This document shows positions 20,798 to 31,363 of a stretch of 64,000 bases of DNA, piece by piece (position 1 is the first letter of the stretch; each line of letters starts with the position of its first letter). The position numbers were made by a program, and so were the translations under genes. The notes under the pieces were generated by a model. It did not search any database. It was not told where the DNA came from and saw only the letters and a list, made by a program, of their open reading frames with translations. The stretch lies in contig CBFGKC010000010.1 in assembly GCA_965649265.1 (NCBI GenBank), positions 32,001 to 96,000 on the forward strand, written 5' to 3'. Source of the stretch: a candidate division WOR-3 bacterium (GTDB lineage Bacteria; Hydrothermota; Tepidihabitantia; B3-TA06).

Positions 20798-21583
20798 TCA
20801 AACGCAATTGCCCAGAAGAATATCCAGTTCATCGGAAAGAACCAATCGGTACGATGGTTTTATCCTCTCCCTGTATGATGACGAGTGCCTGGGCGGATTG
20901 ACAGGAACCGTATCTGGCTCAAAACCAGCGGATAGAGCCTGAGGTAGTATCCTTTCAATGCGTCTGGGCAGATCGAGCGAGACATTGGCTGCAGAACGCA
21001 AGGCTGCATCGAAAAGAACTTCAGGCCTGATGCCCAGATATTTGGCCGCACGAAGATTAATCCTGTAAAGATCACCCTCTGGGGATATCCGTTCAGCAAG
21101 GGGCTCATCCGTCAAAGATTCGATGGAATTCCACTCTGCAAGAAGATAGTCCCACGCCGCAGCGGTGTCCTCGAGCATATGTGCTCCACCGTACACAGCT
21201 TGAGCAATCAATTTGAGTTTATCCTTCTCCGGTAGTCCGCCGTAAAGAAGTTCCTGGTCTTTAATGATCTCATTGAACGAAGTAAGATTTACGATATCGT
21301 CCGGATAGGAGGGAGGGGGAGGGTAAATGTCCCCAGGGAAAGCGGAGGTGCAAATCTTGAGGGAAATGCCTGTGTGTTTTACTGAAACCTCTTCAGCCGC
21401 AACGGTTTCGATTCTTTTGAAAAGCGCTTTTACAATACGTTCATATGCCGACCCTCGCCGCAAGGTGTCCAATGTTCCCAAAACGTATGTCGAGGGAACA
21501 AAACCGTCACTGGAAAGGAAAAGGCTCGATAAGGGCAGGACACCCTTGCGTGTCGGCTCAAGCCATAAGATCAAGCCAGACAT
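20798..21583 (-). CDS. Conserved hypothetical protein
   Basis: D.LKLI.QAVYG.AH, RINL, RHS.SYR...PSYRLV. Confidence 0.7.
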   Translation of the reverse strand: MSGLILWLEPTRKGVLPLSSLFLSSDGFVPSTYVLGTLDTLRRGSAYERIVKALFKRIETVAAEEVSVKHTGISLKICTSAFPGDIYPPPPSYPDDIVNLTSFNEIIKDQELLYGGLPEKDKLKLIAQAVYGGAHMLEDTAAAWDYLLAEWNSIESLTDEPLAERISPEGDLYRINLRAAKYLGIRPEVLFDAALRSAANVSLDLPRRIERILPQALSAGFEPDTVPVNPPRHSSSYRERIKPSYRLVLSDELDILLGNCV

Positions 21584-21605
21584 ATTGATTAGAGACTCTG
21601 GCGAG

Positions 21606-24600
21606 TCAATGGACTATTATGAATTTCTCGTTAACCGACGTCATCGTCTCGGTCATGGTCGCATCAAGACTCTTGGCGGTCAAACGGTAGATGTAAACAC
21701 CGTTTGGAAGGGGCGTTCCGTCTGCGTCAAGACCGTTCCACGAATATGAGGAAAAACCAGCGGCGAACGACTGAGCGGGCAGTTTTCTTACAAGACGACC
21801 GCTTACGGTGAATATCTGTATCGAGACCTCGGCCGCCGTATTCAATTCAAAAGTGAAATCTGCGGAACTCGAAACCGGGTTAGGATATACGAGAGGGGTA
21901 ATAATTTCCGGCCTCGAAACGAATGAGGTATGAAGTGTCAATTCATATTTTGTCGTATTTCGAAGGTTATCCACGGCATACAGAGTGAGGGCGTTATCCT
22001 CTTTCGAGAACTTGATTGGCAAACTCGCCATTCCTGTCGAGGCAATTGAACTGTCGGTAACATCATAACTGAAATAAGATGAAAGACTTATTGCGTCCTC
22101 ATCGTTAATGACGAGACTCAAGGGATGCCCGCCGCCAAGGCCCACTCCGGGAAGCCCCGTAAGATTGATTCCGGAAGGATCTTCAAGCTCTATCTCAAGA
22201 TCGAACGATGGAGTCGGAATGGTATCTCCATCGAATATTTCTTCTCCTGCGACGTAAAACCTCGCGGAAGGACCCTTGTGATCACTTGATGAGGTTGACC
22301 CGGCGACAACGCCTAAAGAGTCAAACCGGAAGGTGTACAACGAATCTTCATCACGGCAAGAAATATACCAGTAAGCCGAATCTCCTTCTGCGATGCCGGT
22401 CGGAACTATGAACTTCAAGATAGTTTGACCTGCGTCAAGCTCACCTGAGGCCTCGTAAAGTGGTTCGCCCTTGGCGTAATAAATTCTGTAATCATAAACT
22501 TGAGGTATTTTTTTAACCCAGCTTCCATATGCGGATGCAAACCATTTACCCTGGGAAAGGCCGGCGTCAAAGGTTATCTGAGCCGTGTCACCCGTAACGA
22601 AATCTGGAGGTATCGAAGTCACATTCTTCGCCGTGGGAAACAGGAGTTCAACCCCAGGGTCGCCGAAAAGTGTATACAGGGGATCTAAAGGCAATACGGC
22701 AAAAAGAAGGTCGCCGGTATTTGCATTTTTAAGATATCTGAAGGTATTCGCCAGCGTGTTAGCCACGTTTTGGTTGTTGGATGCGCTCGTTCCTTTGGTC
22801 GCTGCGATTGTCGCTATGGCACCTCCAGAGCCGCGCACGAGTTCTTCCGCAATGCATTCCCACCGCGTGTCCTCGAATCGGCCTACGCCGCATGAACAGA
22901 AGAGACCGAACGGAAGCCTGTTTTCATTATTAACGTACGTGACGTCGGTATTTCTGAAAACAGCTTCATGAGTCAGCTGGCTGCCATTCCCATGCCCGAA
23001 GAAAAGCCACAAATAGGCTCCCTGATCGAGAGCGGAAATCAAGGCGTCGTGCGCGCCCGGCTTAGTGCTTCCAACGAAGGAGTAATCGCTCAAATAGACC
23101 TTTACCGGATCGTACTCAGGATATAAAAGCGTAGCGAAACTCTCACATGCCGAGATGTGATTATCTATACCGTCCTCTTTAGCCGGCGAGCCCTCGTAAT
23201 AATCGTCGGACAGCAGAAGAAGCCTTGAGGCCCAGGCTTCCTTGGGGGTCGATTCATATTTTTTTATCTTGTCAAGAATATCAGATGCCTCATGAGCGTC
23301 CCTCGCCGTAATCCGGGCGATTGACATTTCAGGATGGTATGTGACAGGGTTATCGAAGTCAACAAACCACGAATCCAGCGCGGGTCCACGCACTTCGGTA
23401 ACATTAGGGTCAAGCAGGTAATCCTGGGTGTGAACTAGGAAATACTCCGGAACAGTAAGTTTCAAATTGTTTTTGTAATCGTAAGTGCCGTCACCCAGAA
23501 TGAGCGCATACCGCGGTCTCGAGTCACCTTTTTTGTACGCATAAGATAGAAAATGTCTTACGGCCTGGGGCTCGGCAAGACCGAATCCGAAATCTCGAAT
23601 TATGTCCTTAAGGTTCACTGTCTTGATCGCGGTAGCGGAAACGCCGGATATCTTGAGGTTTTGACTTCTGTAACTCTCGTATGCCTTTGCGGCACTCATA
23701 TTTTCGTCGGTGGAAAGAATGATGTAGTCCACGGACCAGTCTTCGGTCCATAATTCGCCGGGCTGCTCTTTTTCCAGGGCGGGGGTCTTGAGACGACGCT
23801 CATCCGCGACCCACAAAGGAAGATCCTTCGTAATTCTCGGATTAAGGAAAAGATTCCCGTTCTTTGTTTCCCAATTCGTCAACAGAATTGGATTTGCCGG
23901 ATCACTCACGTCAAAGAGGTAAGGAGTAGTTTTGAGGCCGCTAAAGCGGTACGAAAGATTTCCCTTTAATTCTACCCAGTAGGGATTCTGATCAAAGGAA
24001 AGCTCTCTTTCAACAACAAGCCGCATCCAGTCCGGGTAAAAATCCTGCTGCCCCTCCCCCGTCACTTCGATGACCAAAGGCAATTCATCCTGCAACACAA
24101 CATCCGGATCGATAGTGGTATATCTCGGATTCGCGATCACGCCGGAAGGCACCAAGGGTACGTAAAGAAGTGTATCTGTATTCGCCAGCGCGCGAAATCC
24201 CGCACCTGTATTAATGGAGTAGGCTTGCAGGGTAAAGGTATCTATCTTTGTTACACCCTCAAGGTCTAAAATAAATGTATCGGAGGCGATCGTCGAACTC
24301 TTTTGGATATCTTCCCAAAGCCACAAAAGACCCGAGCGCGAAGGGCACTCGTGATCTTCTTCAAAATGAAGAACGCTCATCCCTTCGGTCAAAGGAGTAT
24401 CCTGAGAAGGATATGCAGGTCTTGTTTGAAGCCTTTTTCCTTTTCCCGCGCCCCAAGTAAGCCAGTAAACATTTTCCTTTACATAAGGATTCACCTCAAA
24501 GGTCCGTTCGGAGAAATTCCAGTGGTTTGCACCCTGCGCGAAAAGAATTATGTAGTCAACCCCGGATAACCTGCCGTCATCCTCGCCCTGGACGAAACAA

Positions 24601-25418
24601 GGCAGCTCGGAAAGAGTATCGGGAAAAGTATCCTCCGGGGTCAACCTTGAAGGGTAAAGGATCCTTATTGTTGAAGGATCAATCTGGGTAGGATCTACAC
24701 CGATTTTCTTGAGATCACCCACACCTATCCTGTATACCCCGTCCTCTGGTATGGAAATCTTTACCCAATTCGAAGACTGGGCAAAAGGATTTGCCCCTGC
24801 GGCAAAAGTCGATGAGGAGAGTTTCCACCCCATACACTGATCATAATTGATGATACTGTTTTTGTAAATTTCGCTGAATTGATCATTTGAGATGTCATGG
24901 TAACCTTCATATGGCTCGAACGAGATGTTGAGCGTAACCCCATCATAGAGAACGAGGGTCTGGTTACCGGAGGAGTATTTAAGCGGCGTAACCTCTATCA
25001 CCGCTACCCTGAAATCGCGCCATGTCGTTACATGGTAATAAACCGGCTTCAGAGTGTCAGCCCACTGAGGAAATGAATTTGCGCCCGTCCCAATACCAGG
25101 AATCTCGTAATTCTCAGGAATCACACCTTTTAACTCCCTTGAAGTTCCCAGGGTGTAACTGATTTTGACATCGCCCTCGGGCGGTAGCCCCACAACCATC
25201 CTGTAGCGCGGCAGTGCAGGTCCACCCGGTTCGCCTATCATATAGGCGTCGCTGAAAAGCTCGGCAAGATTCGCTTTTGCATAAGATTGCAGAAGATTTG
25301 TACCTTGAGGAGCACTTAACTTTATCTGAACCCCTCGGTTACTCTGACTTGTAATACTGGGTCCTGCAAAAGCTGCAGTTGCAGCAAGTAAGATAAGGGT
25401 TTGAAACCTTCTCATCAT
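21606..25418 (-). CDS. porU: PorU-like C25 (gingipain-family) peptidase/sortase with C-terminal sorting domain
   Basis: Propeptide GEPGGPALP, LILGDGTYDYKN, FGHG (His) and CSCG (Cys) dyad, LFGDP, C-terminal YPNP...FTVSGRLV...NGVYIY. Confidence 0.85.
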   Translation of the reverse strand: MMRRFQTLILLAATAAFAGPSITSQSNRGVQIKLSAPQGTNLLQSYAKANLAELFSDAYMIGEPGGPALPRYRMVVGLPPEGDVKISYTLGTSRELKGVIPENYEIPGIGTGANSFPQWADTLKPVYYHVTTWRDFRVAVIEVTPLKYSSGNQTLVLYDGVTLNISFEPYEGYHDISNDQFSEIYKNSIINYDQCMGWKLSSSTFAAGANPFAQSSNWVKISIPEDGVYRIGVGDLKKIGVDPTQIDPSTIRILYPSRLTPEDTFPDTLSELPCFVQGEDDGRLSGVDYIILFAQGANHWNFSERTFEVNPYVKENVYWLTWGAGKGKRLQTRPAYPSQDTPLTEGMSVLHFEEDHECPSRSGLLWLWEDIQKSSTIASDTFILDLEGVTKIDTFTLQAYSINTGAGFRALANTDTLLYVPLVPSGVIANPRYTTIDPDVVLQDELPLVIEVTGEGQQDFYPDWMRLVVERELSFDQNPYWVELKGNLSYRFSGLKTTPYLFDVSDPANPILLTNWETKNGNLFLNPRITKDLPLWVADERRLKTPALEKEQPGELWTEDWSVDYIILSTDENMSAAKAYESYRSQNLKISGVSATAIKTVNLKDIIRDFGFGLAEPQAVRHFLSYAYKKGDSRPRYALILGDGTYDYKNNLKLTVPEYFLVHTQDYLLDPNVTEVRGPALDSWFVDFDNPVTYHPEMSIARITARDAHEASDILDKIKKYESTPKEAWASRLLLLSDDYYEGSPAKEDGIDNHISACESFATLLYPEYDPVKVYLSDYSFVGSTKPGAHDALISALDQGAYLWLFFGHGNGSQLTHEAVFRNTDVTYVNNENRLPFGLFCSCGVGRFEDTRWECIAEELVRGSGGAIATIAATKGTSASNNQNVANTLANTFRYLKNANTGDLLFAVLPLDPLYTLFGDPGVELLFPTAKNVTSIPPDFVTGDTAQITFDAGLSQGKWFASAYGSWVKKIPQVYDYRIYYAKGEPLYEASGELDAGQTILKFIVPTGIAEGDSAYWYISCRDEDSLYTFRFDSLGVVAGSTSSSDHKGPSARFYVAGEEIFDGDTIPTPSFDLEIELEDPSGINLTGLPGVGLGGGHPLSLVINDEDAISLSSYFSYDVTDSSIASTGMASLPIKFSKEDNALTLYAVDNLRNTTKYELTLHTSFVSRPEIITPLVYPNPVSSSADFTFELNTAAEVSIQIFTVSGRLVRKLPAQSFAAGFSSYSWNGLDADGTPLPNGVYIYRLTAKSLDATMTETMTSVNEKFIIVH

Positions 25419-25502
25419 ACTCCCTTCGACTTACCTGATTGTGCTGACTGGTCCCTTAGATTCAAAGCACAGGCAAGTCATTACGTATTTCATAAATATT
25501 GA

Positions 25503-25525
25503 GACGGATTCTGCAGGAATCCGTC
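25503..25525. repeat. Perfect 9-bp inverted repeat between the GT2 and porU-like genes
   Basis: GACGGATTC-tgcag-GAATCCGTC; role (terminator or operator) unknown. Confidence 0.6.
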
Positions 25526-25583
25526 AACTTTTATTGAAAAAGACAATTTGTCGTAAATCCCTGATAGTCTTTCGATTATTTGG

Positions 25584-27083
25584 TCAGGTGATTTTAGCTT
25601 TATCATACACAGGTTCCCCAACACCCACCTCATCCTTTTTGAGTGCCGCAGCAATGGATGAAAAACTGAAGGACAGGAATCCCACGGAGTAAAGTATAAT
25701 GAAAGGCAGAATTGCATACTGCATGGTTATGAGCGAATATACGGCAGTGGCGGCAAGATAAAGACCGAGCGCCAACTCAATGAAAGTAGAAACCTTCAAC
25801 TTGGCCTTGTACACTTTAGAGTCTTTTGCATCCTTGCGGCCCTTGACGTTGTATTTCGGAGTGCGAACGAACTCGGACGCCTTCCCCATAAAACCTTCCA
25901 ATACTGCAAGGCTGTTGTTAACCGAAAGTGCCATAACCGATGAAATTACGAAAGGTATTGCAAGTATCCTCGTTTTCCAGTTAGGGTAGGAATCCATCTG
26001 CGCAAGGATGTAAAGCCCGAAGTATGCTATTCCGCCGATAGAGATGACGCTCATGAACGCAAAGTAGGGACGATAGTCAATCCCTGAGTTGCGGACAAGG
26101 AGGAGGGGGGCGATAAGAATGGCAAGAAGGAACATCATGGGATACACGAGATGGGCAGTAAGGTGCATAATGGCTTCAAACTTGCCGATAAGGCTGAGCT
26201 TCGAGGTGAGTATATCAGGCAGGAGTTTGCGTCCGGCCTGGATGGTCCCTTTTGCCCAGCGGAACTGCTGCGACTTGAATCCCGCAACGTCTATTGGCAG
26301 CTCCGACGGACTTCTTAAGTCGTTTATGTATATAAACTTCCAACCCTTGAGTTGGGCGCGAAAACTCAAATCGACGTCCTCGGCAAGGCAGTCGCCGTCC
26401 CAACCGCCGGCATCTTCTATAGCTTTCTTACGCCACACACCCGCGGTCCCGTTGAACGTCATAAAATGGTTAAAACGGCAGCGCATATCTTGCTCGACCG
26501 CGAAATGCTGGTCTAAAAGAATCGCCTGAGCTCTTGTAAGAATCGAGTAATCGTAATTTATATGTTCCCAGCGCGACTGAACAACCGCGATCTTCGGGTT
26601 CGAAAAGAAGGGGATAGTGCGCTTTAGAAAGTCTTCGGGAGGAAGGAAGTCGGCGTCAAAAACGGCAACGTACTCGGCCTTGGTTTTCGCAAGTCCAGCT
26701 GTAAGTGCACCACCCTTGTATCCCTTGCGGTCAACTCTGTGAAAAAGCCTGATTCGGAAGCCTTCAGCTTTGTACTTTGCGACGAGACGTTCGCAAAGCT
26801 CTGTGGTCTCGTCGGTGGAATCATCAAGTACCTGGATTTCGAATTTCTGGCGCGGCCAATCCATCTTCACAACCTGCTCCAGCAAACGCTCCACGACGAA
26901 CTTTTCGTTAAACATGGGCAGCTGAACACAGACAAGCGGGTATTCGGAAAGCGGATCCGCCTTGGGTCTTGGTTTTTTGCGCGCTCTCAAATAGTAAATG
27001 CACATAATCCATGCATGCAGTGCGTAGATTGTAAGCACTATCATTACGAATGCATACAGCGCCAGAACGAAATCAAACTTCAT
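25584..27083 (-). CDS. Processive GT2 glycosyltransferase (cellulose synthase-like)
   Basis: QLPMFNE, DDSTD, KGGAL, FDADF, AED, QQFRW, C-terminal transmembrane helices. Confidence 0.93.
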   Translation of the reverse strand: MKFDFVLALYAFVMIVLTIYALHAWIMCIYYLRARKKPRPKADPLSEYPLVCVQLPMFNEKFVVERLLEQVVKMDWPRQKFEIQVLDDSTDETTELCERLVAKYKAEGFRIRLFHRVDRKGYKGGALTAGLAKTKAEYVAVFDADFLPPEDFLKRTIPFFSNPKIAVVQSRWEHINYDYSILTRAQAILLDQHFAVEQDMRCRFNHFMTFNGTAGVWRKKAIEDAGGWDGDCLAEDVDLSFRAQLKGWKFIYINDLRSPSELPIDVAGFKSQQFRWAKGTIQAGRKLLPDILTSKLSLIGKFEAIMHLTAHLVYPMMFLLAILIAPLLLVRNSGIDYRPYFAFMSVISIGGIAYFGLYILAQMDSYPNWKTRILAIPFVISSVMALSVNNSLAVLEGFMGKASEFVRTPKYNVKGRKDAKDSKVYKAKLKVSTFIELALGLYLAATAVYSLITMQYAILPFIILYSVGFLSFSFSSIAAALKKDEVGVGEPVYDKAKIT

Positions 27084-28309
27084 TTAAGTTTCTCCTCGCT
27101 CTCAAAAACTAGTTTTCCTTTTAAAGGCTTTCGTAATTTTACAGCCAGGGCCAATGCCTCCTGATATGTAGGCACATTCGCAATTTTAACTAATTCCGTC
27201 TTGCTGTCAATCGGAAGTACTTCGTACAAAATGCCGTCCACCACTACACCAACGTAGTCGGCAAAAAGTTGGGAAGATGATATCTCCGAATTCTTAAGCG
27301 AGATTTCGACCCACGGCCTTGAGAGCGAATCGAACCTCAGTTCGGCTGAACGAACCTTCGGTCTTGCGAGGGTATCGGTTATGTAAAAGATGTCTGTGGC
27401 TTGCCCCCTGGTGTTGATGCGCTGCCCGCCTGCCTTGAGCGAGAGAGAGACAAGGTAAAGTCTGCCCTCACCCGCGATGTTTTTTGCCACAACCTCGTCC
27501 AGCGGAAGCGTAAGAGTGACCTTGAGCCTCTCCTGATCCGTGCGTATTCGCGCTTCCCGTCCGAGATCGGCAAAACGAGCCCGCATTGCCGATCTAGCTC
27601 TCATTACGCTTGTCGATCCTGACGAATACGAAATAAGAAAGTTGGGTGCAAAAGGCATGTCTATTCCGCGTTTCTGATTGAAAGCCTTTATCTTGAAGTT
27701 GAAAACTATGTCGGAATCGTCCGAAATCCCTTTTATCTCCTTGGCAAGCAGGGTTCTTCCGTCTACGATCAACTCACCCGAAAATTTCTTTTGGAAAGCA
27801 GGATCAAGAAAAGCTATATTAGGTTTGAAGGAGTATTTAAGAACCCGGCCCTCATCGGCAAGAAGCTTAAAACCCTTGTTGTTGCGAATGAGAAGCGCAT
27901 CCCGAACGATGCGGTCGACCTGTTCCATAACGCGTCCCTCCTCACTGCGCTGCCTGGGAATCCACTCACCGTCCTCCTTGTCGAGTTCATAGTCACCGGC
28001 CGCAACAAGATCGAGCAACCGGACTTCTTCATCAAGTTTCCACGTTCCCCTGAAACGAAGCGCATCCGGCAGAACAACACTGCCCTTGCCTTGTACGGAG
28101 AATGCGAGAGATTTGCGGCTGATAAAATAATCGAACATGAAGGAGTGCTGGTTCTTGATTCCCTCCCACGAGTAGGAGGGAATCTGTTCGTAAGCCAATC
28201 CTTCCGGTGGTCTTGTAACCGGCATGCACGCGGCCGAGGCGAGTACCGTGAGAAAAAAGGATAAGCCTATAAGCGAATGGAGATCATGTCTGGAGAAGCC
28301 ATACCTCAT
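27080..28309 (-). CDS. Putative lipoprotein with SecD P1-like C-terminal domain
   Basis: Lipobox-like SAAC; C-terminus RFDSLSRPWVEISL...GVVVDG...TYQEALALAVKLR resembles the SecDF periplasmic domain. Confidence 0.65.
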   Translation of the reverse strand: MRYGFSRHDLHSLIGLSFFLTVLASAACMPVTRPPEGLAYEQIPSYSWEGIKNQHSFMFDYFISRKSLAFSVQGKGSVVLPDALRFRGTWKLDEEVRLLDLVAAGDYELDKEDGEWIPRQRSEEGRVMEQVDRIVRDALLIRNNKGFKLLADEGRVLKYSFKPNIAFLDPAFQKKFSGELIVDGRTLLAKEIKGISDDSDIVFNFKIKAFNQKRGIDMPFAPNFLISYSSGSTSVMRARSAMRARFADLGREARIRTDQERLKVTLTLPLDEVVAKNIAGEGRLYLVSLSLKAGGQRINTRGQATDIFYITDTLARPKVRSAELRFDSLSRPWVEISLKNSEISSSQLFADYVGVVVDGILYEVLPIDSKTELVKIANVPTYQEALALAVKLRKPLKGKLVFESEEKLK

Positions 28310-28407
28310 TTAAGCATCCTCTCTTTTTGAGTTTAAGAGGTACCTCAGACTTCCTGAAAAAGTCGGTGTCTGAGGGAAAGTGTCTGACAAGGGACGAGGA
28401 GGGCTCA

Positions 28408-31251
28408 TCAGAAATCGGCTCCAATCCTGAAGTGCGCGCGCCACACGTCCCAGCCGTAAAGGCTGGGGTCGGATTTTATGTAGGGCCGGGCAAAATCGAG
28501 TTTCAGCATCCAGTAGCCGAAGAGATATCGCAGACCGAACCCGAAACCGGCCTTGAGGTCCACGAGCTGCCCTGTGGAATCCCAGAACACAGGCGGGGTC
28601 GAGTCCCATGTGAACCCGGCGTCCGTGAAAACCACACCCCTTAAATCGCTCAATCTCAGGGGGAGGGGGAAAGCCAGGTTCAAGAGATCGACGAACGGAA
28701 CCCTTAGCTCGAGGTTAGAGAAAACTATCTTTGAACCGATGGAGGGCGTGTAGGGACTGTACCCCCTGACGTCGTAAGGTCCTCCCAGTGTAAACCACTC
28801 GTGATCTGCTCCAAAGCTCGCCGCGCCGAGAAGCCTGAGTGCGAGCGCCGAACGCTTGGTTAAAGAGACATAGCCCCTCATGTCGGCAATGACGGACTGG
28901 TAGGAAAGCCTTGAGATTGCCGGAATGGACGAGTAACCCTCAAGACGCAGCCTCAGCCCACGCATCGGTGTAGAGTACTTCCACAGGGCGTTGTCGAATA
29001 CGAGCGCTCCGGAACCCTGGAAAAGTGGATACGTCGAAGTGCTGCTGTCTTGATAGACAATATACCCGTTTTCATCGTACTTGCAGTTAAGTAAAGCCTT
29101 GTCGGTTACGGCCATGCCGTCTACGCCCGTTTCAAAACGGAAGAATTTCGTAAAGGGGAAAGCGAGAAGCGCACTCGCTCCCCTTCTGGCTTCTTTGATG
29201 TAGTCGAAGGTCGAATCCGTAAGCCAGTAGCGGTAAAAATCGGCCAGCTGATAGGCTCCTACCGCCCAGTCAACGCGGCGCTTGAAATTCCAGTAAGTGA
29301 AAACGATATCGGAGTAAAGTATATCTCCATAGAGTTCGGCATCCACGTAGAAACGGTGGTCGCCGAGCATGTCGCTTATGCCCAGGCTGAAACTTCCCTG
29401 CGCTCCGTAAAGAGAAGAATACGCACCGGTGCCGTAGATGTAATCGGCGGAAAAGGTCGGCTTGTAGGGTTTCATCTCCTCGGGCGTAAGTTCAACGTTC
29501 TTGTACGAATAGGGAGCGGCCTCAACGGCGAGAACGGTGTCCTTGTTTTCGGGAACGGGTTCGAGACTGCCGAGCGTCCCGTTGAGCATGCATACGTCCC
29601 AGCCTGAGTTATTGTAAAGAAGGAATGAGGTCTTCCCCGAAGAAGCAGGTGAAAACTCTTCTATTTTGTCGAACCAGTCCGTCATTCGCAGCGGTACGGA
29701 ATCGGAAGGCGTCATGCGGTAGAGTTGGTAGCCTGCACCGACGAAGTAAAGATTTTCGTTGACCACATGCGGGGAAGACAGGAATCCATATCTTCCGGTG
29801 ACCCTCTTCACGCGACCCGACGGCAGAAGTGACCATACGGCATAGCTTCCGACGTTCCACGTCGAGTCCTGATCGGGTCTGTCGGAGGCGAAATAGATGG
29901 TATCACCACTGAAAGAAGGGTCCTTTTCTTCATAAAGGTCGAACGTGAGACGGTTAGTCTTGCCGGTCTTGAGATCGAGCGAATAAAGATCGCTTTCCCC
30001 TTCATTCACTCCGACATAGATGACCTGGCTTCCGTCGGACGAGACCGCAGGTGAATACGCATCATCCACCTTAAGCTGGTATCGCCTGGTCACTTTTGCG
30101 CTTGCGTAATCGACCCATAGGAGCACCGGCCTTTCCTTGGAAAACCCTATAACGGCAAGTGCAGACTCGTCGCCTGACCAGCACATGGTATTGCGAAGAA
30201 GAGGCAGACGTTCGAAGGTAGCCGACTGACCCGCGCGAAGCAGTCTCTTTAAAGGCTTGCCGTCGAATCCGCTTATGACGTTTATGGCAATGTAGTCGTC
30301 CTTGCTCGTTGCGTAGGCAATCTTCGCGCCTGTAGGCGAGAGCGCGACGCTGCCGTTGTAATATGAAAAATCCTTCTCGTGATCGGTCAGGAGCCGTGCC
30401 TGGATGGAACGGTTGTTGAGCCTTGCGACCCCGGGCCAGTACCGCATCCTGAGCCAGTTGAGCCACTCCTTTCCTAAATCCTTGACGTTCATGCCGAAAA
30501 CCTTGTCGAATGCCGCGTTCATGTCCCGCCTGACCTGAAGTTCGTTAAGAAGTTCAAAAACCTTCTTGCGTCCGTAGCGCTCTTCGATAAAGAGAAAAAC
30601 CGACTCTCCCTGCCTGTAAACGAGATAACCGCTCCAGTATCCAAGTTCCTCGAGAGGGATGACGTTATTGTTGAGAAGCAAGTCTTGCATGAATGGGTCC
30701 TCCTCTCCTGAGCCGTGGGAGGAGCAAAACTCCGCCGCTCCCTCCATTATCCAGTCAGGAGGCGTAAAACCCGGGATTAGAGAAAACAAGTTGGAGAGGG
30801 TTAGAGAGTAGTAGAGCTCGAACTCGAATATGTGCGTGAGTTCGTGCTCAAGAACGTGCTTCAGGTCCGAATAAGAACCCGTGAATGGAACTACCACGCG
30901 ATTCTTGAAAAGCTCGGAAAACCCGCCGACGGATTCCTCAATAGGTTCCAATATTATGTTGGTTGCGGCAAAATCGGGCTGTGATTTGTATATGATGACA
31001 GGGATCTTTACACCAAGCGTGACCCCGAAATCCGCCGTCCTTTGTTTATAGGATTCTTCGAGAATCCCTCCTGCAAAACGCGCAAGGGGCTCCCCCCCCT
31101 CTTCTATATAGATAGAAAAATGTTCGGTTTCATACGTATATGTGGGAGTCACCTCCCGCTGAATCTTGTTCTTTTCGTAATAATACTGGCCGAACAGAGG
31201 AAGAGATACTCCCAGGACAAAAACAACAACCCGGATCGTTTTAGACCACAC
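28408..31251 (-). CDS. Omp85-family outer-membrane protein with N-terminal zinc peptidase and PD40/TolB-like repeats
   Basis: HELTH...WIMEG gluzincin motif; SPTG/SSDG/EKDPSFS repeats; VRGY, ELRVP, FTDAG, terminal F; GTG start after SD GGAGG. Confidence 0.88.
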   Translation of the reverse strand: MWSKTIRVVVFVLGVSLPLFGQYYYEKNKIQREVTPTYTYETEHFSIYIEEGGEPLARFAGGILEESYKQRTADFGVTLGVKIPVIIYKSQPDFAATNIILEPIEESVGGFSELFKNRVVVPFTGSYSDLKHVLEHELTHIFEFELYYSLTLSNLFSLIPGFTPPDWIMEGAAEFCSSHGSGEEDPFMQDLLLNNNVIPLEELGYWSGYLVYRQGESVFLFIEERYGRKKVFELLNELQVRRDMNAAFDKVFGMNVKDLGKEWLNWLRMRYWPGVARLNNRSIQARLLTDHEKDFSYYNGSVALSPTGAKIAYATSKDDYIAINVISGFDGKPLKRLLRAGQSATFERLPLLRNTMCWSGDESALAVIGFSKERPVLLWVDYASAKVTRRYQLKVDDAYSPAVSSDGSQVIYVGVNEGESDLYSLDLKTGKTNRLTFDLYEEKDPSFSGDTIYFASDRPDQDSTWNVGSYAVWSLLPSGRVKRVTGRYGFLSSPHVVNENLYFVGAGYQLYRMTPSDSVPLRMTDWFDKIEEFSPASSGKTSFLLYNNSGWDVCMLNGTLGSLEPVPENKDTVLAVEAAPYSYKNVELTPEEMKPYKPTFSADYIYGTGAYSSLYGAQGSFSLGISDMLGDHRFYVDAELYGDILYSDIVFTYWNFKRRVDWAVGAYQLADFYRYWLTDSTFDYIKEARRGASALLAFPFTKFFRFETGVDGMAVTDKALLNCKYDENGYIVYQDSSTSTYPLFQGSGALVFDNALWKYSTPMRGLRLRLEGYSSIPAISRLSYQSVIADMRGYVSLTKRSALALRLLGAASFGADHEWFTLGGPYDVRGYSPYTPSIGSKIVFSNLELRVPFVDLLNLAFPLPLRLSDLRGVVFTDAGFTWDSTPPVFWDSTGQLVDLKAGFGFGLRYLFGYWMLKLDFARPYIKSDPSLYGWDVWRAHFRIGADF

Positions 31252-31363
31252 AAGTTCCTCCAATCTTCAATTCAGATATGAATATAAATCCGACACTTTT
31301 CGAAAGAAAAGGTTTAAGCAAGTTCCCTTTTTTGTGAGTCGAATCTATTTCGGACATACACTT

